From: an uncultured Bacteriovoracaceae bacterium | Lineage (GTDB): Bacteria > Bdellovibrionota > UBA1018 | NCBI GenBank assembly: GCA_964358645.1 | Contig: CAYHPW010000001.1 | Location: forward strand, 62,264 to 126,263 | Length of the DNA stretch: 64,000 nucleotides | Direction: 5' to 3' | Part shown: positions 56,106 to 64,000 of the stretch, in pieces | How positions within the stretch are numbered: the first letter of the stretch is position 1 | Layout: each line of letters begins with the position of its first letter | The notes under the pieces: model-generated | What the model was told of the DNA's origin: nothing | What the model saw: only the letters and a program-made list of their open reading frames with translations | Databases searched by the model: none | Translations under genes and position numbers: made by a program

Positions 56106-57587
56106 ATGAGAACGAGTTTAGAGGTTGATATTAAAAAATGGCCGGAAGTATGGCAGGCAGCCTATCGTGTTCTGGAGCAGTCTGTTGTTTCTAATCAATT
56201 GCAAGCATGGATACAGCCGCTTGAACTAATTGATACAAAATATAGTGATGATAACACTACCGAGGTTACATTTGAGGCGCCGAATGATTTTTCTGCGCAG
56301 TGGGTGCGTGATTATTACCAGAAAACAATAGAGGCGGCCTTTTTACAAGTAACGGGAAAACCTTGTGAAATATTAGTTTATGCAAAAGAAAATAACAAAG
56401 CCACTAACAGGCAGACATCTCATAGTGAGAATGATGGCAGTGAGCCTGAGTTGCAATCAGATTTAGCAGAAACCGAGGTTCACAATGTACAGACTGAAAA
56501 CGGTGGTTCACGGTATTTCATGCGTAGCGAAGAGCGCGTAGCGATGAACAGTTCGGGCCGGCAAGAATTTGAAAACAATTTAGATCATCGTTATTTTTTT
56601 GAAAATTTTATAGTAGGGGCCAGCAATCAATTTGCATATACAGCGGCAACAGCCATAGCAGAACAACCAGCTAAGCAGTATAATCCGCTATTTATTTACA
56701 GCCCCCCGGGTTTGGGTAAGACTCATTTACTGTATGCAATAGGGAATAGATTTAAGGAGAAAACCCCTTCTGCGAAGGTAGTATATTTATCTGCCGAAAA
56801 ATTTGTGAATGAACTGATAGACTCTTTACAACATAAGCGTATGTCTCAATTCAGAATAAAATATAGGGATAGTTTTGACATGATACTTATTGATGACATT
56901 CAGTTTATCGCTGGTAAAAAATCTACAGAGATAGAGTTTTTTCACACGTTTAATACACTCCACAGCTCGAAACGCCAGATAGTAGTTACATGCGATAGGC
57001 CACCGAGGGAAATAGAGGGTCTAGAAGAACGAATACGCACCAGGTTTGAATGGGGCTTAGTTGCAGATATTAGTCCACCAGAAATTGAAACACGGATCGC
57101 GATACTTAAGTCAAAGGCCGAAAGGGAGGATATTTACCTTCCTGATGACGTGGCTATATTTTTGGCAAGCCATATAAAAGCAGATGTCCGAAAACTAGAG
57201 GGCGCCCTTGTAAAACTTCAAGCTCACGCTTCATTAACTGGTGCAGAAATAACCTTAGAAATGGCTCGACAGGAATTTAAAACGATGGTTCCAGAGGAGG
57301 GAACCCATATCACCATTGAAGCGATCCAAAATGCGGTAGTTAAATATTTTAATTTAAAGTCACAAGACTTTAAGTCCACTACGCGCGCAAGAAATGTGGC
57401 ATTACCACGCCAAGTCGCCATGTATTTAATTAGAAAATATACTGGTAGCGGATTTAAAGAAATAGGACATTATTTCGGCGGCAAAAACCACACAACAATA
57501 CTTTATGCCTGCAGTAAAATAGAAAAAGAATTAGAAACGGATGAACACATTCGTCAGGCGGTAGAGTCCATACAGAATATGTTATAA
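56106..57587 (+). CDS. dnaA: Chromosomal replication initiator DnaA
   Basis: 493 aa with AAA+ Walker A (GLGKTHL), Walker B (LIDDIQF) and C-terminal DNA-binding domain (VALPRQVAMYLIRKYTGSGFKEIG). Confidence 0.9.
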   Translation: MRTSLEVDIKKWPEVWQAAYRVLEQSVVSNQLQAWIQPLELIDTKYSDDNTTEVTFEAPNDFSAQWVRDYYQKTIEAAFLQVTGKPCEILVYAKENNKATNRQTSHSENDGSEPELQSDLAETEVHNVQTENGGSRYFMRSEERVAMNSSGRQEFENNLDHRYFFENFIVGASNQFAYTAATAIAEQPAKQYNPLFIYSPPGLGKTHLLYAIGNRFKEKTPSAKVVYLSAEKFVNELIDSLQHKRMSQFRIKYRDSFDMILIDDIQFIAGKKSTEIEFFHTFNTLHSSKRQIVVTCDRPPREIEGLEERIRTRFEWGLVADISPPEIETRIAILKSKAEREDIYLPDDVAIFLASHIKADVRKLEGALVKLQAHASLTGAEITLEMARQEFKTMVPEEGTHITIEAIQNAVVKYFNLKSQDFKSTTRARNVALPRQVAMYLIRKYTGSGFKEIGHYFGGKNHTTILYACSKIEKELETDEHIRQAVESIQNML

Positions 57588-59138
57588 TCTTTTTTCTTTT
57601 TTTATGAATTGAATGAGATTCATGAGGAAGTGTGGGAAAATGCGTAGTTTATCCAGCCAATGCCTCTTATAAAGCTCAATAAAACTACGAAATGCTAGAT
57701 ACTGATAAGGGGTATAAGGAAACCACCATGGAGACTTAAATGTGAATAACCGCGAGCGTGGTTTATGAATGTGTCGTATATTTACAAATTCATATAGACC
57801 TATATCAGCATGTGTGCGCCCCATGCCGCTTTCCTTAACCCCTCCCCATGGGGTTTCGGCAAGGCCGGCTGTATATACAACTTCATTTATCATGACTGTG
57901 CCGACTTGTAGTTGCTTTGCGATATCTTCACCAAGTGCGATGTTTTGTGTAATAACAGATGCTACCAGCCCGTAGCGCGAATTATTTACTTTTTCAATTG
58001 CCTCAGCAGGGGATTTAAACGTGGTCACCACTAAAATTGGACCAAAGCTCTCTTCGTTATATATTGAAAGATTCTCCACACCAGGGCCAGTGACGATAGT
58101 AGGTTCTAACCAGGTTTTATCTGGCGAAAAGGCACCACCACAGATGAAGCGGGCGCCAAGAGCCTTGGCCTCGTTTATTTGGTTTTCGTATACCGCTTTT
58201 TGTTTTCCAGAAGTTATTACAGCTAGATCATTTTGGGAGGAATCAGACACACCATGTCTCAGGCTGCCTATTTTCTTGGTTAGTAACGAGATAAAATTAT
58301 CTACAATACTTTCATGGACCAATATACGTGAAGCAGCTGCACAGATCTGACCAGAATTACTAAAGCCTCCCCAAAGAACCGCACTGGATGCAAAATCAAT
58401 ATTGGCGTCTGGGAGGATAATCGCGGCATTTTTTCCTCCAAGTTCTAAGTTAACAGGGATCAGGTGTTGTGCGGCGGAGGATAAGATTTTTTTCCCAGTC
58501 ATAGCGCTCCCCGTAAAAAAAATCTTATCAGGTTTTTGTTCAATTATTGCGGCACCGACAGCCCCGTCGCCGATAAGTGTTTGTATTGTATTAGATGGCA
58601 AACCGGCCTCTTCATATAGAGTTTGGATTTTTAAACCAACAAGGGGGGTTTCCTCACTTGGTTTAAAAATAACAGCATTGCCAGTAATTAATGCCATTAA
58701 TATTTGCCCCATCGGGAGCATAAAAGGGTAGTTCCAGGGTGAAATAATAGCAACGACACCAATGGGCCAGTAATTTAAATAGCTTTTTCGGTGTTTCATA
58801 ACGGTTAGTGGAATGGGTTTGTCCTTAAGCAGAGCAGGCGCCCGCTTTGCAAAATATGTAAGCATGTCTACAACGGGGATTAATTCACTAGTCAAGGCCT
58901 CATGGCGTGGTTTGCCGTTTTCTCTAACTATTAAATCGATTAGCTCATCTGTGCGATTAAGCAGTGTCTCACGAAGTTGGATCAGTCGGCTAGACCGGGC
59001 GGCTACTGATAGAGCGGCCCATTTAATCTGGGCCACACGGGCTTGGTTAAATATATTTGGCAGCGCAGATATAGAGGTGGTTTCTATTTCTTCTAGAACT
59101 TCGCCGGTTGCGGGGTTTCTACAAATCATGCTCGCCAT
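57582..59138 (-). CDS. NAD(P)-dependent aldehyde dehydrogenase
   Basis: 518-aa ALDH fold with catalytic Cys region (FSNSGQICAAASR) and Glu region (LELGGKNAAII). Its 3' end overlaps the dnaA stop by 6 nt. Confidence 0.75.
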   Translation of the reverse strand: MASMICRNPATGEVLEEIETTSISALPNIFNQARVAQIKWAALSVAARSSRLIQLRETLLNRTDELIDLIVRENGKPRHEALTSELIPVVDMLTYFAKRAPALLKDKPIPLTVMKHRKSYLNYWPIGVVAIISPWNYPFMLPMGQILMALITGNAVIFKPSEETPLVGLKIQTLYEEAGLPSNTIQTLIGDGAVGAAIIEQKPDKIFFTGSAMTGKKILSSAAQHLIPVNLELGGKNAAIILPDANIDFASSAVLWGGFSNSGQICAAASRILVHESIVDNFISLLTKKIGSLRHGVSDSSQNDLAVITSGKQKAVYENQINEAKALGARFICGGAFSPDKTWLEPTIVTGPGVENLSIYNEESFGPILVVTTFKSPAEAIEKVNNSRYGLVASVITQNIALGEDIAKQLQVGTVMINEVVYTAGLAETPWGGVKESGMGRTHADIGLYEFVNIRHIHKPRSRLFTFKSPWWFPYTPYQYLAFRSFIELYKRHWLDKLRIFPHFLMNLIQFIKKEKRL

Positions 59139-59175
59139 TGTTAATACAGTAATTTAGAACAACATATGGAGCAAG

Positions 59176-60915
59176 TTGAAGCTGGATATATGTATGAAAG
59201 AGAATAAAACAATAATAAAACAAGAGCCCAACCTAACGCAGAACGCCATAGGGGTGTTAGAGAAGAGATATCTTTTAAGAGATAAGACAGGAAGGATTTG
59301 TGAAACTCCTGCAGAGCTTTTTAAAAGAGTTGCTTCAGTAGTTGCAGGGGCAGAAAAGTATGACCGCGATATTTGGCTAGAGCGGTTTTATAATTTAATG
59401 GTTTCTAAACGTTTTATGCCAAACAGCCCGACTCTTATGAATGCCGGAAAACAAAGGGGACAGCTATCGGCTTGTTTTGTGTTACCAGTGGAAGATTCGC
59501 TTGAAAGTATTTTTGAGGCACTAAAATTTACTGCTTCCATACACCAGTCAGGCGGAGGTACTGGTTTTTCTTTTTCAAAGCTAAGACCACGAAACAGTAT
59601 AGTTGGCAGCACGCAGGGGGTCGCATCTGGCCCAGTGTCCTTTATTAAGATATTTGACATAACGACAGAAACCATAAAACAGGGAGGGGCGAGACGCGGC
59701 GCTAACATGGCCGTGCTTAGAGTGGATCATCCCGACATTATTGAATTCATCGATTCAAAACGGGATTTTCATTCAATTACAAACTTTAATATCTCTGTAG
59801 GTGTAACTAATGAGTTTATGAGAGCGGTTATGTTGAATAGTAAGTTTGTTCTTCGTAACCCCACCACAGGAAAGAAAAGTCATTCCATAAAGGCTGGGGA
59901 ACTTTTTAGTAAAATAACCCAAGCGGCCTGGGAATGTGGGGATCCTGGGCTTATATTTCTAGATCGGATAAATATTTTCAATCCAACACCGAACGAAGGG
60001 GTAATTGAAAGCACCAATCCTTGCGGTGAACAACCACTTCTCTCATATGAGTCATGCAATCTCGGCTCTTTGAATGTCTTAAAATATCTAAATGGTAATG
60101 ATATCAATTGGGAGGACTTCCGTTCTGACATACGAATTGCAACGCGTTTTTTGGACAACGTGATTGATGTAAATAAATATCCTATCGAGGCATGTAGAAA
60201 AATTACACTACGTAATCGTAAAATTGGTCTTGGCATAATGGGGTTTGCAGATTTGTTGCTAGCGATGAGTATTCCATACGACTCACAAGAGGCACGTTTT
60301 TTTGGTCAAAAAATCATGAGTTTTCTTGATCGAGAAGCTAAAAGATATTCAACTGAAATGGCTATCCAGAAAGGCGTCTTCCCTAATTGGCATCGGTCTA
60401 TATGGAAAAAACTTGGTTACCCACCTATGCGTAATTCAACCGTAAGCACGGTGGCCCCAACGGGGACAGTTAGCATTATCGCTGGTGTTACTGGTGGCAT
60501 TGAGCCGATTTTTTCGGCGAGGTTTTATAGAAATATTTTAGGTGGTGAAAAACTTATAGAAATTCATCCCGCGATTAAAAATGTGCTTCGGGCCAGTAGT
60601 ATTAAAGCCAAAGAGGCAAGCCGTCTTTCCAATATAGAAATAAGTAATATTATTGGGGCAGCATGGGAACCAGCGCTAAAAATTTCTATCGATGGACATG
60701 TTATGATGCAGGCCGCTTTTCAGCGGCATACCGATAGCGCAGTTTCTAAGACAATAAATCTTCCAGAATCCACACCCGTCTCGGAAGTCCAACGCGCATA
60801 TATGTTAGCCTATCAGGAAGGTTGTAAAGGTATTACCGTTTACCGTGACAGAAGCCGCGCCGACCAGACGTTAGAACAGATCCCTGAAGAAAAAGGTGTT
60901 TGTACTTCTTGTTAA
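59176..60915 (+). CDS. nrdJ: Adenosylcobalamin-dependent (class II) ribonucleotide reductase
   Basis: 579 aa with class II RNR motifs (SNPCGEQPL thiyl-radical Cys loop, LMNAGK) and C-terminal redox cysteines (CTSC). Confidence 0.75.
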   Translation: MKLDICMKENKTIIKQEPNLTQNAIGVLEKRYLLRDKTGRICETPAELFKRVASVVAGAEKYDRDIWLERFYNLMVSKRFMPNSPTLMNAGKQRGQLSACFVLPVEDSLESIFEALKFTASIHQSGGGTGFSFSKLRPRNSIVGSTQGVASGPVSFIKIFDITTETIKQGGARRGANMAVLRVDHPDIIEFIDSKRDFHSITNFNISVGVTNEFMRAVMLNSKFVLRNPTTGKKSHSIKAGELFSKITQAAWECGDPGLIFLDRINIFNPTPNEGVIESTNPCGEQPLLSYESCNLGSLNVLKYLNGNDINWEDFRSDIRIATRFLDNVIDVNKYPIEACRKITLRNRKIGLGIMGFADLLLAMSIPYDSQEARFFGQKIMSFLDREAKRYSTEMAIQKGVFPNWHRSIWKKLGYPPMRNSTVSTVAPTGTVSIIAGVTGGIEPIFSARFYRNILGGEKLIEIHPAIKNVLRASSIKAKEASRLSNIEISNIIGAAWEPALKISIDGHVMMQAAFQRHTDSAVSKTINLPESTPVSEVQRAYMLAYQEGCKGITVYRDRSRADQTLEQIPEEKGVCTSC

Positions 60916-60973
60916 TGCAAAAATACATCTTTATTGATCGTTCTAGCTATTTACGTTAACGTGAGCTACTTAT

Positions 60974-61050
60974 GCGGGTGTAGCTCAGTTGGCTAGAGCG
61001 CGAGCTTCCCAAGCTTGAGGTCGAGGGTTCGAGTCCCTTCACCCGCTCCA
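60974..61050 (+). tRNA. tRNA-Gly (anticodon CCC)
   Basis: Folded by hand: 7-bp acceptor stem GCGGGTG/CACCCGC, D-stem GCTC/GAGC, anticodon stem CGAGC/GCTTG with loop TTCCCAA, T-arm GAGGG-TTCGAGT-CCCTT, discriminator U and encoded CCA. Confidence 0.85.
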
Positions 61051-61056
61051 AAGTTT

Positions 61057-62958
61057 ATGTATTTTGATGTAATAATCATTGGTGGTGGTCATGCTGGATG
61101 TGAAGCAGCCCACGCAAGCGCCAAAAGTAAATGCCGCACGGCGCTAATAACGCTCGATATTAATAAGATGGCCTTAATGTCATGTAATCCCGCGATTGGT
61201 GGGTTGGCCAAAGGACATCTTGTAAAAGAAATAGACGCACTAGGTGGATTGATGGCGGTTAATACTGATAAAACAGCTATTCAATATAGGAGGCTAAATG
61301 CCAGCAGAGGACCAGCTGTTAGATCTTCTAGGGCACAGTGTGATAAACGGTTGTACTCAGCCCAAATGCAAAAACACTTATCATGCATTGATAATCTGAC
61401 AATTATCCAGTGTGAAGTTAGCGAGCTTCTTGTAAATAATTCCAAGATTTGTGGGGTACTAATAAAGACTGGCGATGAGATTTATTGTAGCGCTGTAGTT
61501 ATTACAACAGGGACATTTTTATGCGGCACAATGTATATTGGATTTGAAAAAGAACATGGAGGTAGGGCAGGAGATAGCGCTGCCGAGGGATTAAGTGAAA
61601 GTCTAGATAAGCTTGGTTTTGGATTGCGTCGTTTAAAGACCGGAACGCCACCGCGATTAAAAAAAGAGAGTATAAATTTTAGTAAACTTGAAATTCAACC
61701 TGGTGATAGCGAGCCGGAGCCGTTTTCATTTTATTTCAAGCCAAAGATTTTTCCTGTTTTACCACAAACATGTTGTCATATTACATATACCAATACAGAA
61801 ACGCATGATATTATAAGAGAAAATCTTACCCGGGCACCGATTTTCGCCGGAATAATTAAAGGAATCGGACCGCGTTACTGCCCCTCAATCGAGGATAAGA
61901 TTCAGCGATTTTCTGATAAAGAAAGGCACCAGCTTTTTTTGGAACCCGAAGGGCTTGATTCCGATGAAATTTATGTAAACGGGATATCAACGAGCTTACC
62001 TCGAGAGGTGCAAGAAAAATTTGTTAAGACAATTCCAGGCTTAGAAAGAGCGGAATTTGCCAGATATGGCTATGCCGTTGAGTATGATGCAATTGATCCT
62101 ACGAATTTAAAATCTACACTCGAATCAAAAAAAATCAGCGGATTATTTTTCGCGGGGCAAATTAATAGTACCTCAGGGTATGAGGAAGCCGCCGCACAAG
62201 GGTTGGTTGCTGGTGCTAATGCAGCAATATTTGTAATTGGAAATGAGCCACTGATAATTAGCAGATTTGATGGTTACATTGGGGTATTAATAGATGATCT
62301 GATCACTAAAGGCGCAGACGAGCCATATAGGATGTTTACTTCGCGTGCAGAATATAGATTGCTATTAAGAGAGGATAACGCGGATCTTCGACTAAGTGAG
62401 ATTGGTTGGAAACGTGGATTACTAGATCAATGTGCATATGATTCTTTTTGTAAAAAGCGAGAAAAGATTACTTATTGGAAACAAAAACTTTTAGAATTTC
62501 AACTATCACCCAGCGAAAGAGTTAACTCTCGACTTCATGAGTTAGGCCAGAGCACAATATTAGATCGTATTTCTGGCGAAATACTTTTACGTAGACCAGA
62601 CATCTGTTGGAATTTGCTTTGTAGCTTAGGATTTGATGGTACCGCTGTAAACAAAGATGTTTATGAAGAAATAGAAATTCAAATTAAATATGAAGGATAT
62701 ATTAAGCGCGATATCGAGCTATTAAATGGGATAAAAAAGAGTGATAACTTACAGATACCTACTGATATAGATTTTGAAATCATCCCCGGCTTATCAAATG
62801 AAATAAAAGGCAGATTTAAGCGTATACGCCCGGAAACAATCGGACAAGCGACCAGAATTACTGGCGTAACACCAGCTGCAGTTGCAAATTTGTTAATTTA
62901 TCTAAAAATGCTCAAAAGGGATAAGATTTCAACAAAAAATCAGCGTGGTGAGCAATAA
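61057..62958 (+). CDS. mnmG: tRNA uridine-5-carboxymethylaminomethyl synthesis enzyme MnmG (GidA)
   Basis: FAD-binding motif [16 protein letters not shown]. The ORF track begins at 61015, inside the tRNA, so the start at MYFDV (61057) is preferred. Confidence 0.85.
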   Translation: MYFDVIIIGGGHAGCEAAHASAKSKCRTALITLDINKMALMSCNPAIGGLAKGHLVKEIDALGGLMAVNTDKTAIQYRRLNASRGPAVRSSRAQCDKRLYSAQMQKHLSCIDNLTIIQCEVSELLVNNSKICGVLIKTGDEIYCSAVVITTGTFLCGTMYIGFEKEHGGRAGDSAAEGLSESLDKLGFGLRRLKTGTPPRLKKESINFSKLEIQPGDSEPEPFSFYFKPKIFPVLPQTCCHITYTNTETHDIIRENLTRAPIFAGIIKGIGPRYCPSIEDKIQRFSDKERHQLFLEPEGLDSDEIYVNGISTSLPREVQEKFVKTIPGLERAEFARYGYAVEYDAIDPTNLKSTLESKKISGLFFAGQINSTSGYEEAAAQGLVAGANAAIFVIGNEPLIISRFDGYIGVLIDDLITKGADEPYRMFTSRAEYRLLLREDNADLRLSEIGWKRGLLDQCAYDSFCKKREKITYWKQKLLEFQLSPSERVNSRLHELGQSTILDRISGEILLRRPDICWNLLCSLGFDGTAVNKDVYEEIEIQIKYEGYIKRDIELLNGIKKSDNLQIPTDIDFEIIPGLSNEIKGRFKRIRPETIGQATRITGVTPAAVANLLIYLKMLKRDKISTKNQRGEQ

Positions 62959-63641
62959 TGGTAGACAGCAAAAAGCTTAATGATCTTTTGACTAATAATT
63001 GGTTAGGTTTAGACGCGGCCGCTAGAGATAAAATCTGTGAATTTTACAATCTAGTGTATAAAGAGAATCAAATACAAAACCTAACCAAACTTATCAATAT
63101 AAGCGATTTTTTCGAAGGACATGTTATTGATGTTAGAGAACTCTTAAAATCATGTCTTATTAATTACCCCGCGTTAGATCTGGGGTCTGGGTTGGGCGTC
63201 CCAGGGTTGATGGCCGCAGCAGTAGAACAAAAAACATGGATTATTTCAGAAGCAGAAAAAAGAAAGGCGGACTTCTTAATAAGAGCAGTTAGAAAATTGA
63301 ACATACAGGGCCATATAACGGTTTTTAGTGGTAGAGCGGAGGATTTCCTTATTAACAATAAGGTTCAATCGGTGGTTGTTAGAGCAGTTGGCCCCATAGA
63401 TCGTATTTATCGCTTAATTCGTAGATGTTCCACGTGGAACAATCTAATTCTTTTCAAAGGCCCCGCATGGGAAAGGGAGTGGTTGGGTTTTAATAAAAGC
63501 CACTTTTGCAAAGAGTTGATTTTGACATCTACCCATGAATATTTTATTGGTAGTGATAAAAAATATCGCATCATAGCAAAGCTTAATCGTGTTCCACGCG
63601 GAACAAAAAGTATCAATAAGACGTCAATATTCTGTCAGTAA
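62958..63641 (+). CDS. rsmG: 16S rRNA (guanine527-N7)-methyltransferase RsmG (GidB)
   Basis: 227 aa with SAM-binding motif LDLGSGLGVPGL. gidA-gidB-parA synteny. Confidence 0.8.
   Translation: MVDSKKLNDLLTNNWLGLDAAARDKICEFYNLVYKENQIQNLTKLINISDFFEGHVIDVRELLKSCLINYPALDLGSGLGVPGLMAAAVEQKTWIISEAEKRKADFLIRAVRKLNIQGHITVFSGRAEDFLINNKVQSVVVRAVGPIDRIYRLIRRCSTWNNLILFKGPAWEREWLGFNKSHFCKELILTSTHEYFIGSDKKYRIIAKLNRVPRGTKSINKTSIFCQ
63426..63441. promoter_or_regulatory. parS-like centromere site (perfect 16-bp palindrome TGTTCCACGTGGAACA)
   Basis: 14/16 identity to the parS consensus TGTTTCACGTGAAACA, with symmetric substitutions. Inside the rsmG 3' region upstream of parA. Confidence 0.55.
63590..63605. 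promoter_or_regulatory. Second parS-like site (TGTTCCACGCGGAACA)
   Basis: 15/16 identical to the first site. Near-perfect palindrome 165 bp downstream of it. Confidence 0.5.
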
Positions 63642-63874
63642 TTAATATTTTATTGGATATCCACCGTTAGTTTTAAGGTTTATCTAAAGAAAAATCTTGA
63701 TCTGCCAGCTATTCACGGCTAGCCTTTAAGAGTAGTCGTTTAAATGGCAGGAAACGACAAAAGTTTGCTTAATGAAAAGGTTATCCATACCAACCACAAC
63801 CATAAAGTGTCCGTGATTTAAGGGGTGTTAGTTGTTAACGCCCCTTACACGGGACTATAGAAAGATAATGATGG

Positions 63875-64000
63875 ATGGGGAAAGTAATAGCAGTAACTAA
63901 TCAAAAGGGTGGGGTAGGTAAAACCACAACGACAGTTAATTTAGCCGCAAGCCTCGCGATAGCGGAGAGGAAAACGTTAGTCATTGACTTTGATCCCCAG
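63875..64000 (+). CDS. parA: Chromosome partitioning ATPase ParA/Soj (partial; 5' end only)
   Basis: [28 protein letters not shown] deviant Walker A. Runs off the window end. Confidence 0.8.
   Translation, partial: MGKVIAVTNQKGGVGKTTTTVNLAASLAIAERKTLVIDFDPQ

Noticed and set aside
61015-61056. ORF-track start of mnmG at 61015.
   Set aside because: It overlaps the tRNA-Gly gene. The conserved FAD-binding N-terminus begins at [11 protein letters not shown] (61057).

Overview
This window looks like the replication-origin neighbourhood of a low-GC, probably proteobacterial chromosome (the surA-pdxA adjacency points that way). It is almost fully coding and densely packed.

The first 25 kb holds two complex I gene sets in tandem on the minus strand:
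- A canonical 14-gene nuoA-N operon at 2049..15514, with a short 486-aa NuoG.
- Immediately upstream, a divergent 11-gene complex I-like cluster (A2-B2-C2-D2-H2-I2-J2-K2-L2-M2-N2) with no NuoEFG NADH-oxidising module. Its NuoD lacks both canonical quinone-site residues, and its NuoL is highly degenerate.

Downstream genes include mfd, a parvulin-surA-pdxA block, a phosphohexomutase, uvrA, and an F0-only ATP synthase cluster (atpZ/atpI-like, atpB, atpE). They continue with a BamD-like TPR lipoprotein, gyrA, fabH, gyrB, a frameshifted recF remnant and dnaN.

A 540-bp, extremely AT-rich non-coding block upstream of dnaN carries a cluster of DnaA-box-like 9-mers and is a putative oriC. dnaA itself lies about 9 kb away, inverted, in the classic rpmH-rnpA-yidD-yidC-mnmE / dnaA arrangement.

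The remaining genes are a split methylmalonyl-CoA mutase with a beta-oxidation trio, an aldehyde dehydrogenase, B12-dependent nrdJ, tRNA-Gly(CCC), mnmG, rsmG and the start of parA. rsmG carries two parS-like palindromes. rpmH is a 49-aa gene the ORF track missed.

No CRISPR arrays, IS elements or rRNA genes were seen.
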